Shown: positions 1-12,047, numbered from the stretch's first letter. The stretch is DNA of 64,000 nt from Octopus bimaculoides (GCF_001194135.2 NC_068985.1:20002354-20066353); one strand, 5' to 3'. Program-made: numbers and translations. Notes: generated by a model from the sequence alone, not told the origin.

Positions 1-324
1 ATGCGTTAGGCGTCGCAATGATGTTCTTGGTATGGATAGTTCTAGAGAAGCACGTCGTGTAGACTTCTTTGGACTGTTCACAAATGTAGCCACTAAGATC
101 TCCTTTTTTTCAGTCACAGAAGTCTTAGGACGTCCAGATTTTGGTGCATTACTCACTGAACCTATGGTATCAAATTTATTTCTTATCTGATAAATTGTCT
201 GGCGTGAAGGCGGAGGAGTGTGAAAGGGTTCTTGCCATGCTGTACGCACCTGCTCGGCATTTTCAGACTTCCAATACTGCTTTAGTATCCACTTTCTTTG
301 CTCTTGATTTAAATTGTTTGCCAT
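1..324 (-). mobile_element. Tc1/mariner-superfamily transposase N-terminus (DUF4817-like HTH), frame open to the window edge
   Basis: ATG at 324 reads MANNLNQEQRKWILKQYWKSENAEQVRTAWQEPFHTPPPSRQTIYQIRNKFDTIGSVSNAPKSGRPKTSV...SPKKSTRRASLELSIPRTSLRRLTH, 108 codons with no stop. The 'KF..TGSV...KSGRP' and 'SP.KSTRRAS.EL.I.RTS' patterns are typical of these transposases. Absent from the ORF track because the stop lies outside the window. Confidence 0.75.
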
Positions 325-480
325 GACTCACACTTTACAGTACTTGTAAAAAAAAAAAATTGCAAACTGAAAAGGGAGCTTGACAAATTAACTAAATTGG
401 CATAGAATAATGGTTGTATACTTTTTTATAATTAAGATCTAAACTGTTAATATATGAATGCGAAAGAGATNNNNNNNNNN

Positions 481-620
481 TATGTGTATGTATATATATA
501 TCTTTATATATATATATATATATATGTATATATGTGTGTGTGTGTATGGTATACACGCACACACATACTAATGATAGTAATTGCTTAACAAAACACACAC
601 CCACACATACACAGACATAT
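481..620. repeat. (TA)n/(TG)n/(CA)n microsatellite next to a 10-N gap
   Basis: Directly visible. Confidence 0.9.
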
Positions 621-1203
621 ATAATCTCATACTTTAAGATATTCATTTCTCAGTCAATTGTTTTACGAAGAACATAAATGTGTCTACAACAGATTATTTC
701 TTCAACATCATTCCATAGTAAGGCGATATATGCGCAGAATTAAGAGAATAATATTACAGATGTATGGAAATGTTCCACATTTTAGTGGATTTGTAGTTTA
801 TTTTCCAACTCGCTTGAATGAAGTCTGGAAAAAATGAGAGAAGCCTACTTAAACATAAATTTAGAAAAAAGAAAAGGAAAAAGAAAAAAGAAAATCATCA
901 GTGTTTACAGACATCTAAAGCTATACAAAACTCTCTCAGTTAGACTATTTACATATCAAGTCAGAGCTAGCCTACTTAATTTAGTGAGGCAAGAAATTTT
1001 AGCGTAGGACAAGTAACTCTACATTAAGCTGATTTCATTCTGATAAAGTAGACAGGGAAGTCAACTCCGAATTGAAAATTGATTAAAATTAATTAAAAAT
1101 AGAATAGTATCAGTACACAAGGGAGTGAATGTACTCTTTGAAATGTATGGTGACATGTTTTACTAGTATTAGATTTTCTCAGCGAAGTAAAGTTCTGTCA
1201 TCG

Positions 1204-1380
1204 CTGACCACTACGCCACATTTTTTCTCTCCTTGTTTCTTTCTGTGTTCCTTCCTGTTGAAGAGCGTAGGCTCGAAATGTTAAAGACTCTCTATTCTCG
1301 AGCGTTATACTAATACATCCATTTATTGCCTACACCACATGTCTTCGTCTGTTGTTTTTTTCGTGAATTCTCCCTATATA
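1204..1380 (+). mobile_element. Short non-autonomous Penelope-type element with degenerate hammerhead-like motif
   Basis: ctgttgaa-GAGC-gtag-GCTC-gaaa at 1255-1278. Homologous over ~170 bp to 13173-13355. Ends in (TA)n. Confidence 0.55.
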
Positions 1381-1520
1381 TATATTTATATAAGAAGCAA
1401 ATAAGTAACAAGGATGACTAGATATCAATGCACGGACACCTTCTGCACAAAAGATGTGGGTGCTATCATGCTACCGCTTTTATGTTTGCTCGCTAAGCAT
1501 GAGCTATAACTATAAGATAT

Positions 1521-1827
1521 GAAGGCGCGTAGTTTAGTAGTTAGGGTATTCGACTCACGATCGTAATGCTGTGTGTTCGATTCCCAGCGGTGCGTTATGT
1601 TTTTATTTCACGTTGCTCCAATCCACTCACCTGGCAAAAATGAGTTGTACCTATAATTCAAAGAGCCAGCCTTGTCACATTATGTTCGACGATGAATTTC
1701 GCTGAGAATTACGATAGGAGTATGTGTCTGTTGGAGTGTTCAACCACTTGCACCTTAATTTCACGAACAGGCTGTTCCGTTTATCGGATCAACTGGAACA
1801 CTCGTCGTCGTAACTAACGTGGTGCCA
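1521..1827 (+). mobile_element. tRNA-derived SINE, family C
   Basis: A-box/B-box-like head (tagtttagtagttaggg...gttcgattccc), CORE-like 'ttgctccaatccactcacctggcaaaaatgag', and a 3' part homologous to the 48903-49291 copy. Confidence 0.8.
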
Positions 1828-2132
1828 ATTTAACCATAATATTATTTAAGACAATGCTTGAAGCGTATATTCTTACAGAATAAATTTATTCATAATATTT
1901 GTTTATAAATCTTACTGGGATATCATTCAGTTTCGATGTTGTGAAATGATTCTATAGGTTTTCAAAATAAATTCGTTTGAGCAACTTTGTAAGTCTTATT
2001 ACTGGAAATGAGATGTGTATAGGAAACAATGATTTCATATACGATCAAGTATCACAAACATTGCAGGCATTGCTAGCAAATGGTTCAGAACTACTAAATA
2101 CATTAAAAACTTCGGGTTTGGATTCTAATAAA

Positions 2133-2287
2133 GAGGTAAGATTGTTCGGTTAAAAAGTTTGTTTCGCGATTACGTGACTTTAGCTCTAGTCCCATTGTGC
2201 AACACTTTAGGCAAATGTCTTGTGTCACAGCAACGAAGCGACAAAAATCTTGTGAGTTCAATTTGATAGACGGAAACTGCGTAGAAG
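2133..2287 (+). mobile_element. Degenerate SINE family B, 5' part
   Basis: Similar to 26063-26300 (gtgag..tttg.tagacggaaactg). Confidence 0.6.
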
Positions 2288-2363
2288 AGTGTCAGAATGA
2301 CCGTTCCTTTTCCTTAATGTGTCATAGACTTAATTTGCCGTTTTGTGCATGTCACACACTTAC

Positions 2364-2436
2364 CTGTTGAAAGTTCTCAGATCTTGTCCCCAGACCGAGG
2401 ATATCTTTTCTCTTTGTCTCATGAGTATCGGAATCC
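2364..2436 (-). other. Candidate 73-nt exon of an unidentified minus-strand gene
   Basis: tatttttag|GGATTCC...TTTCAACAG|gtaagt. Two frames are open (DSDTHETKRKDILGLGTRSENFQQ or IPILMRQREKISSVWGQDLRTFN). No homology recognised. Confidence 0.3.
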
Positions 2437-2607
2437 CTAAAAATAGTCTGGACATGGGCTCTAACTTCCTTTATTTTGACCCTGTCATTGAAAAAAGAAC
2501 GAAAGTTAATCCAGAATAAGCTGTGATAAAAAGTAAATGATGTCGAAATGGTGAAGCATCACCATAAAGAGCAATTTATCTTTCTTGCCTAAGGTCTTTA
2601 CTTAGAT

Positions 2608-2732
2608 ACACACATGCGCGCATGCGCGCACACACAGATACACACACATGCACACACACATGCACACACACATGCACACACACATGCACACACACATGCA
2701 CACACACACACATGCACGCGCGCGCACACACA
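2608..2732. repeat. Compound (CA)n/(CACATG)n microsatellite
   Basis: Directly visible. Confidence 0.9.
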
Positions 2733-2756
2733 TAATTTCTGCTAATAATATATAGT

Positions 2757-3077
2757 TATTCCTTTATTCTGCTAGTTGTTTCAGTCACTGAACAGCGGCC
2801 ATGATGGAGTACTGTCTTGAAGATTTTAGGAAAACAACTCGACCCCAGTTCATAAAGAAACCAACACCGGTTGTGAAGCGGTGTGTGGGGACAAATAGAC
2901 AGACAGACATACACATACACGCAACAGAGAACGTTTCCGTCTACCAAATTCTCTCACAAGGCATGAGTCAGCTCAAGGACTTGAGGAAAATAAAAGAATA
3001 CACTTGGCGCACGGTGCCACACAATGGGACCGAAATCACAGAGCTGTGAAGCGAACATCTTAACCATCCCACCATGC
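2757..3077 (-). mobile_element. SINE family B, internally deleted
   Basis: Tail ttgtttcagtca...gcggccatg and gtttccgtctaccaaat match the 43130-43600 copy. Confidence 0.8.
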
Positions 3078-3086
3078 CATACCATG

Positions 3087-4381
3087 TTCTAAATGTCTGT
3101 TATTTGACTGCTTACCTTTGAATGACTACAAGTCTTTTGAGATTAAAAAGTGATTTAAAAAGTGACTAAACACCATAACACCATACCCATACAACACATA
3201 ATTCTACTGTTCATTGAATTTTGGTGCGTATTTCGCGTGTACTTTTGTCACACGAGCGTCACGTGTATTTGCCAATAAATACACGAGATTCTGCCTCGTA
3301 AAACACCTTCAGTTGAATAAATTGGAGTTGATTAATATATTGCAGTCATGTTCCTTCTTGTCGGGAGGGGCTGATATGGGGGAGGGGATGGAAGATTTCA
3401 TGACAGAATCACTGGATTGTGAAAGATTTACTGTTTCCAGAAAGATGTAACAACAATTGTGTTGTATGAATGGACCACATTAAATGTAAAATTTCTCGTA
3501 TGTTAGTTGTTATTACATATTTAATGTCAAGCATTTTATCCATTATATATTGGTGTGTGTGTGTGTGTGTGCGAGTCTATATGTACATGTGTGTGTGTGA
3601 GTCTGCATGTATACGAGTGTGTGTGTGAGTCTGTATGTATACGAGTGTGTGTGTGAGTGTGTGTGTGTGCGTGCGTTTATGTGTGTAGTTATTCAAAATA
3701 ACGAATTCATAAAACAGAAATCACTTAGCTCTAAGGTTACCTTAAGGTTACCTTAACTTGTCAATCTTCTTTCTGAAAGATATCGAAATGAGTATATCGA
3801 ATGGCTTTGAAAACAATTACGTCTCTTCCTCCTTCTCTCTCTCTCTCTCTTATCTTCTCTTTCTCTTTCTTATTCTCTCTCTCTCCAATACTCTCTCTCT
3901 CCAATACTCTCTCTCTCCAATACTCTCTCTCTCCAATACTCTCTCTCTCTCTATCACACATACACACACATAACCTTTCTCCCTTTCAGTCGGCTATAAC
4001 TGATTATGTTAGCATTTTATATCATATCAGAAATTAAAAGCTATTATATTGAAATAAACAAAGGGATCGCCCACACATTACTCATTTTCTTTCTTTTTTT
4101 GTTTTCGAAATATTTCTCACTTATGTCCAAACATAATAAATATTGTAACCATTGTCCTCTCAAGTGAAATAGAATTAACTCGAGTTTTTTCGAAGATAAA
4201 AATCTTTGTGTCTTCGATGCTTAAAATTACTCCACTCCCATACAAAACTTCCTACTGATCAAATATACCGTTTTGAATACTAAACTGACTGTCTATTCTA
4301 AATGTCTATTATTTGACTGTTTACCTTTGAATGACTACAAGTCTTTTGAGATTAAAAAGTGATTTGAACAGTGACTAAACA
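3087..4381 (+). repeat. Pair of ~86-bp direct repeats (3087-3172 and 4296-4381)
   Basis: ttctaaatgtct...gtgactaaaca present twice, 4 mismatches by eye. Confidence 0.9.
3552..3970. repeat. (TG)n with ~28-bp higher-order unit (3552-3686) and (CT)n with 16-bp 'ctctctctctccaata' unit (3830-3970)
   Basis: Directly visible. Confidence 0.9.
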
Positions 4382-5389
4382 AAGTTATATTTTTACAGTA
4401 TTTCCCTTGAATTGGTTACTGCAAGCAGATTATTTACACTTGTTGGCAGACAATATTATTAGATTTATATCTTAAATGATAGAGGCCCCAAAAGAACAAT
4501 GTTTTCCTTTGTACGACTCATTACTTGCAAATGTTCAACTCTCATAACCATAGTTGTACATTTTGACTCCTACTTTGTCGAATCATTGGCCTTTTATTTA
4601 AACTCTTAAGCCACCTACTATAGGCACATTCTTGAAATTAAACAATGCCATTCGTTACTCAGACTCCACAAATATAACATACACTGAATTTATTCCCTTA
4701 ACTCTTCAATGTTTCTGTATCTATATTCGGGGAATTTTTCAGCTTCATTGATCGTGAGCCGATTTCTCCAAATAGTGTGGCAAGTTTTCTCCCTCCCTCT
4801 CTGTGTGTGAATATTTACTCTCAAATATGGAAACATATAACTTTATCTCATACATATGAAACGCAGCCTTTCTGCTTTAGATAGCAACCAGTCCTACACT
4901 CTCACATCTAACGGATAAATCACAATTATTTCCTACATAATCTGGAGTGTATTTTCCTCTACATAGATCGACAGAATGAATTTCTTTTCTGAAAATTTCT
5001 CTCTCGTTTCATACTCGTGAAAAGTTCGACGAAAAACAAAAATCGTTTTCCTTTCATGTCAGCAACGATTTAAACAACCATCCGCTAGCTAACGGTGCTC
5101 GAACTGAATTTAATCATCCGAAACGGACATTTACTTCTACTTGTTTTATTGTAACATATCTAAGAGGGGGTAGTTTAGGTTTTAGATATCTCTGAAAAAT
5201 TTTTTAAAGTGATATTAGATTAAAAATATATTCAGATCACTCCAAACCACACACACACACACACTTTCCCCCACAAAAGTTTTTTCTACACATAAGCTCA
5301 ACATGTCAGTCCTATCTCTCTACAGCTGCTGCTCTCAGGAATTCTTGTCAATGTTTTCCTGAAAGTACAAAGGTTAGTAGTCTACATTA

Positions 5390-6180
5390 CTCCATGGAGC
5401 ATAGGACGGTTTCCCGGTTTCTCTGGCGTACTTATATTCCTCCCTGGACGGGGCGCGAAATTTTTTTGCCACGAGAGTTCTGAACCCTATTAATGAACTA
5501 ATTTGCATACAGCTAATCAGAGTTCACCTTGACCTTATTGTCAAGTTAACAAACACACTCTACCAAGTACACTCAAGACGAAGAACGGTGTTGTTAAGTC
5601 GACCGATCGCTAAGTTAAGCCTGGTTTTAGAAGGAGACAAGTAATTAAATTAGTAATTTGCATCTATACCTATTATCGGATTTTGTTAGGGTCCCATATG
5701 GCAAAGATGTGGATGGGGAAAATGTGGGTAGAGGGTGATGTGCTAGTAACCCTCTCCCCTTACTGTTTTAGGAAGTAAACAACACAATTAACTACGCAGA
5801 GGCAGCCATGGTTGAAACAAGAACAAGAACAAGAAGCATTGTTAAAAGAGATAAGAAGCATGGCCATTTCTTAACCGAGTGATCTTATCTAATCGCCCAT
5901 CAGTTGTTACGCGCTCATAAATTAGTTTGATGGTTGAGCTCTGATTGGCTGTATGCAAATGAGTTCATAACTGGGGTCCGGAACTCACGTGGGAAATAAT
6001 TCGCTGATGGGACGCTGGTCTGTTGCAGGGTTACTCATTTTTAACAGCTGAGTGGACTGGAACAGCTTGAAATGAAGTGTTTAGCTCAAGAACGCAACAC
6101 ATCGCCCGGTCCAGAAATCGAAACTACAACTTTACGATCATGAGTCCAACACCCTAACCACTAAGCCATGTGCCTCCACC
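5390..6180 (-). mobile_element. SINE family C split by an inserted MITE
   Basis: 5390-5455 matches the reverse complement of the 9050-9110 part of the 8904 copy. 6007-6180 carries the CORE-like part and the tRNA-like head. Confidence 0.75.
5456..6006. mobile_element. ~550-bp MITE-like insertion with ~70-bp TIRs and a probable 8-bp TSD (hAT-like)
   Basis: 5461-5528 is the inverted complement of ~5932-6000. Flanks are acggggcg (5448-5455) and atgggacg (6007-6014). Confidence 0.7.
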
Positions 6181-8903
6181 TGAGTGGTAAAAAGCAACAA
6201 ATGAAATTCTATCTTATATAATAGTCATTACTGGAACTAAAGACTCACTTTTTGATATTCTATAAAAAGCCTAGTGCGAAGAGTTAGAATCTGAAAATTA
6301 CTTAAAATAAGGTGAGAAACCAGGCGAGAGTTGAACATCGATCAGATTGATGGTATTGATTTGGAGGAGTTGCAGTGGTTTTGAGTGTTGCTTTTCCCCT
6401 TCTTGTCTCTTTTCTGCGGAATAATTTTGAAAATCAGAGATGAAATGGTTTTGAGCGATGCCTTTCTTCCTCAGAATAATTAGGAAAATCATTGCTCTCT
6501 GTATATATAATAAGCATAAGAATCTCTAATAATCTAATCTCTCAGGTGGCCTTATTAGTTTCTTCTTTAGAGAATTTAACTGTTGCAGACATCTGAAAGC
6601 TAAAAAAAGATATCTTGTTGTTTTCCCAATTGCAACAATTCATATGATTACCAAGTCTTTTTCTGACTAATAAACATCAACTTTAGATTGATAATTTATA
6701 TATTTGTACAAATAGATTCTGCTGGGAATAAGGAAAATATCTAAAATTCATTAACAGGTTTCACAATCAGAAAGAACAGATGAAAATGCACTCAGGATCT
6801 GAAATATTTCAAAAGTAATGTCGTTAGTAAGATAGAAAATATCATCATTTTCTAACTAATAATAATCCATTCTTCGTTTTTATGAACCGTCAACAAGAAA
6901 TCAAAATCAATTAGAGTTTTGGTGAAAAGGATTTAGAAAAAATACCAAAGAAAGTTTTAACAATTTTATTTGATTTCTATGTTTAAATTGATTCCCACCA
7001 ACAAAACACAGCGATAAAGCTTATATTTCGTTATTCAGCGATGTGGTGATTAAACATAGGTAGAACAACGGCTTTTAAAAGATAAATCTTTCATCTATCG
7101 CTGATAAATGTATTAAAAGATATAGAATTAATTTCATGTTGCAACAGCAAATAGCTGTCTAGTAAGCTATGTTAGTAGACATTGTTGAACATTATTACTT
7201 CAGTAACATAATAAGAATCTTTTATTTAAAACAGTTTAACACTTAAATCAAATGATTTACTCATTGCTTAGTAGTGAGTTATGTATAAAGTTGCTATGCA
7301 TTGCTTTTCAACGAAATCCATACATTTTAATTTAAGTCTGACAATAGTTCTGCAACTGACAAAGTAGCCTATAGAGATGTAACCTGTTACATTTTAGACA
7401 TATTTGATATAATTATGATGGAGAGTATGTCTGTTCTAGTTACATCAAAGTTTTGCAATTATTATAGTAGAACTATGCAGAATTATATTATGTGATAAAT
7501 CACGTACTATATAATTGTATAAATATGTAACTACATGATTTAAAATTCTGGAATAGCTTTCAGTTCTATTTTCATCGCCATATAGATTAACTTATCTTTA
7601 GGGATATAATTGATGAATTGCCTACTTAAACTATAACACTAAATCACTATATCTAAATATTCACTTGTAATTCTTGAATATAGAGTGCCAAATAACATTG
7701 TGCTTGTCTACATGTTTTAATACACACTCCTGCATTTACAAACTCTTACACACTCGCATGTATTTATATATTTACTGCTTATCAACAATTATTTAAGTTG
7801 TCTTCTTAAATACATTTAGATTTGATAAAGGAGAAACCGTGAAAGCAAAATGAGAAAATGTTAGATGTTGTATATTGATAATTGAATATAGAGACATGAG
7901 TTACTGTAAACGCAAGACCAAGGAAAAAATTATATTAGTTTTTATCATGAGTTGCTTTGTTTCGTAATCCGGTATTTCGCGGAGAAAGCTAAGTTTGGTA
8001 TTAATAATTTCACTTGATGAGTGGAATAACAAAATAGATTCAACTCACATCTAAGTACTAATCAGACTTTATATGAGGAAAATTATTTTTTTCTATAGAA
8101 TGTTTTCTTTCTTTTGGTCATAGAATCTAAGAGAAAGCTAGTACAACACACACAGCGCATTCGAATATTATATATTTAAAAAGGGGCTGCTTTATTCGTT
8201 AGAAATACTTGCCTTTCTGTTAATAAACATCACGAACCATTCTCTGTTATCCGTAGACGCTGGCAACCTCGTATTTTATTCGTTCTGTAGTCAATATTAA
8301 GAGATTCCAGCTAAAGTAACGCATGCGCTGTTGTTGCATATTAAATCCCGCTGATAGATATTTCAAATTTTGACATTCCATATCTGAAATTATTTATTAT
8401 TAGTAAAGTATAAGAAAACCTTAATTGAAACAAGGCTATGGTATTATCACAAAAAGAAAGTGTTGTAAGAAATTCTGAAAAGAGAAAAGAGCATTCCTCG
8501 GTAAAAATTAGAACAGTTAGGATAAAATCAGAAACTTAAATAAGTTGTTGCCCATTTTGATATTTCCTTTAAAGAAACTGTGAATCGTTAGTGCGTCGGA
8601 CAAAATGCATTGTGCTATTAATTTTGGACACTGTATGTTCGGCAGTCAAATCTGATTTACATCACCCCGAGGACGATGAAATGAAGTGCTGTATTTTCTA
8701 CTGTTACTGAAATCGTTGATACTCCTCGGATTTGGCTGATCGCATGTCAGGTTCATTCAGGCATTCCCGATTCATTCGTCTCTTCTTCCTGTCACTCGTA
8801 TTGTGTCCACCATCCGAGACATTGCATTAGCCAGTACACAGCAGCTCTTCTTCGTCAGAACGTAAGATTCTTCGGAATTCTTTCACGGTGCGTGACTTCT
8901 CGA

Positions 8904-9230
8904 GTGGAGGCGCATAGCTTAGTGGTTAGGGTGTTGGCTTTACGATCGCAAGATTGTAGTTTCGATTCCTGGACTGGACGATGCGTTGTGTTCTTGAGCA
9001 AAACATTTCTTTTTACGCTGCTCCAGTTCGCCGTTAAAAATGAGTAATTCCCATCCAGGGAGGAATATATACATCAGAGAACGGGGAAACTGCGCCTATG
9101 CTCCATACGGATTAGCATGGAGAAATCAACGTGTCTTTTCTATTGCAGTCGACTTGCATCTGTTCATGAGGAGTGCTAACCATATCGATCTCAACAGTCT
9201 CGGCGGCCTTGGGAAGGTCATGGGCTGATT
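8904..9230 (+). mobile_element. SINE family C
   Basis: gtggaggcgcatagcttagtggttagggtg...gtttcgattcctgg head followed by a CORE-like segment. Confidence 0.8.
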
Positions 9231-9867
9231 CTCTCCTCCAGACAAAAACAATAAAAGAAATCAATCATTAAATGAAATATTTATTGGAACTATTAGAGTT
9301 CCTTTTGAATATTAGCAGCAAAGACCGAAACGAGTTATTTTGGATCTAGTCATCACTAAACGTATTAAATTCTTAAATCGTTAATTGAAACGGAGATACA
9401 AAAATTCAGATTACGGAAGTTAGAATCGAATTAAAATATAATATATAAGCAAGCGTCTTGTCGTTACTGGTACATAAAGCTTAAAGTGCATGAGAAATGA
9501 TTATTGATCAGAGAAAAAAGAGTCGGATCGATAACACATATCTGGAGGATGTTTGATTTTATTAGCACAAAAGAGAGAATAATGTGTTACAATAATGCAA
9601 TTAATATATTTAGCAGTGGAACACTGCAATGCTGTATTTAGAAGAAAGCTTGACAATCGTTAAATTTTCTCCTTCTCCAAGGCATAAAATTCATTTCACT
9701 GTTGGAAATATTGGTATTCTATAAAACTTAGCAACGTAATTTCAAATGAATAAAGTATGATGAAAATTCATTTAAAATAGTTGAACATGGTTAGCCTGTC
9801 TTTGTCAACTTCACCAACTAAGACTACTAATACTTTTTTTTTCCGATTTGAGCCTTGTGCCTGTATA

Positions 9868-10101
9868 TTTATTTCTTTATTGCTCACAAAGGGCTAAACA
9901 TAGAGGAGACAAACAAGGGCAGACAAAGGGATTAAGTCGACTATATCAACCCCAGTGCGTAACTGCTACCTATTTAATCAGTCCCGAAAGGATGAAAGGC
10001 AAAGTCGACCTCGGCAGAATTTGAACTCAGAACGTAGCGGCAGACGAAATACCGCTAAGCATTTCGCCGGTGTGCTAACGATTCTGCCAGGACGCTGCCT
10101 T
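9868..10101 (-). mobile_element. SINE family A, near full length
   Basis: Reverse complement of the 11646-11880 and 54454-54685 copies. Confidence 0.9.
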
Positions 10102-10589
10102 GTGACTTGCATATTAATTATATAATTAAGCCCTTCGTTCCCTATACAGCGTAGGATATCGACACTTATCTCTACTGTTCTCAACTATGGGATGACCTGT
10201 CTGCAGGTCTTGTTGATTTTGAATTGCCATCGATGCTTCTTTAAATTCTTTTTAAAAAAATATTATTTCTAGGTTGTGGCCTTGGCTTTACGCAGACTCA
10301 TTTTTACCTCTGGGAAGAGATGGTCTATAATTAGTCTGGCCTTTATCATTTGACCTGCCCAATTTGGGAGGCCCTACCTGGAGTTTGTGCTCCGCTGGCA
10401 TAGCTTTCAGGGTCGTTGAGGCGCACAAGTCACCACACTGTAACAAGAACTGGATCTTGTGGTGGATATACATATTAAAGATGCATAAATTACATTAAAA
10501 AATCACATGCTAACTCAGTTTTTATTGAGTTAGCATATAAACTTCAAATATTCATTACCATGCCAAAGGGCAGATTACTCATCGTTTAC

Positions 10590-10931
10590 CTGTGAGCTTC
10601 TTTGGGATTGTTTATCTTCATCTAGAATAGGAGAGTATTGTAGTTCGCTTGAAGCATTGTGTATTGTTTGTAAAGAATAAAAAGTTTCATCTGGAATGTT
10701 TTGAGAATAACCTTCCTTTAAAATCATCTGAGTTTATTGCGGTATCCGCTGTTGTTATCGTTAATACTTTATTAATGCTATGGTATATCGTTTTAATATA
10801 AGGTGTTGCTGGTGATGAATAATTACAAACTGTTTCCTACATCTCCGGAGAATTTGCATCACTAATGACCGCTGGACTTCCTATGACATGATGAACATGA
10901 CTGACGTACCTTCATCTGACATTTCCATCAT
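10590..10931 (-). other. Candidate exon pair (coding 10910-10931 and 10590-10621)
   Basis: taa ATG ATG GAA ATG TCA GAT GAA G|gtacgt ... ctctcctattctag|AT GAA GAT AAA CAA TCC CAA AGA AGC TCA CAG|gtaaac. Phases are compatible and give MMEMSDEDEDKQSQRSSQ. Confidence 0.25.
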
Positions 10932-11645
10932 TTATTTGCAGTCAAACTGAATGGCGTTGCTGATTACAATTCACCGCTTTTACTGAGCAGCTGTAAGGAC
11001 CCGTTTGTTGTTTTTGTGCCATTTAATGAGTTTATAATCATATTGCTCCTCATAATCCGATTTCTTGCAATGAAAATCCATCATTCATTTTTATTAAATC
11101 TCGTTACATTCTTTTGTTTGTTATTCATACTTGGAATCGAACATGAAAGTAGCTTGCTACTACATATCCGAATATATGTACCAGGAAATGAGCTATTTTA
11201 AATTAGAGACTGAAAGCAGAACTACCTCTCATAAATATAATTACACTGCTGCGTTGTGTATTATTTTTGTTTGCCGTTTATCTCTAGGTCAGTCCATTAA
11301 GTACAGAGAAGTTTATACTTTACTGAGGAAATATAACAAGATCAAATTACCCCCTATAATTGCCGAAATAATTAATGCAGTATTAATCAATGACTAACAA
11401 CGTCTTTCTCTCAACTCACAATTATTACTAACTAATCTCTTAATGTTCACTGCATTAGATATGGTGGTAACATTAATCATTCTTTATTTTTCATGCAGAT
11501 GAAGTCTCTGAGCAATTTCTCTTCGTAATTTATTCTCGGTAGTATTTGATGATTGACCTTCAAATACTTTTATTTACATATAATTAGCTTATTGTTTGTT
11601 GTATCGAAAACCATAAATATTAGAGCATTATTATGCACACACTAC

Positions 11646-12047
11646 AAAGCGTCGAGTTGGTAGAATCGTTAGCACGCCGGGTGAAATGCTTAGTGGTATT
11701 TCGTCTGCCGTTGCGTTCTGAGTTCAAATTCCACCGAGGTCGACTTTGCCTTTCATCCTTTCGGGGTCGATAAATTAAGTACCAGTTACGCACTGGGGTC
11801 GATGTAATCGACTTAATCCGTTCGTCTGTTCTTGTTTGTTCCCTCTATGTTTAGCCCCTTGTGGGCAATAACGAAATAAGTATTTCGTTCATCTTTACGT
11901 TCTGAGTTCAAATTCTGCCGAGGTCGACTTTGCCCTTCATCCTTTCGGAGCTGATAAAATAAGTACCAGTTGAGTCCTGGGGTTGATGTAATCGACTAAA
12001 CCCGTCCCCCAAATTTCAGGCCTTGTGCCCATAGTAGAAAGGATTAT
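11646..12047 (+). mobile_element. Tandem SINE family A dimer (full copy 11646-11880 plus 5'-truncated copy)
   Basis: gttctgagttcaaattc..ccgaggtcgactttgcc appears twice, head to tail. Confidence 0.9.

Noticed and set aside
1521-1600. tRNA-like heads (also 6100-6180, 8904-8990, 49210-49290, 26063-26130)
   Set aside because: They continue into SINE bodies and lack a full cloverleaf, so they are not tRNA genes.
6440-6475. Minus-strand ctgaggaag...gctcaaaac
   Set aside because: No GAAA, stem II is disrupted, and the flanks are unrelated to the hammerhead-bearing families.
5326-7368. Other splice-like segments (5326-5372 plus, 6249-6290 minus, 7324-7368 minus; also 11499-11524 plus, 13459-13583 minus, 57076-57093 plus)
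   Set aside because: They have weaker donors or acceptors and no consistent phase chain. Such matches are frequent by chance in AT-rich DNA.
8640-8900. LANAMSRMV, resembling gypsy 'ADALSR'
   Set aside because: One short motif, multiple stops and no supporting domains.
10888-10920. Box C (ATGATGA) and CTGA motifs
   Set aside because: Only ~30 nt apart with no terminal stem; too short for a C/D snoRNA.
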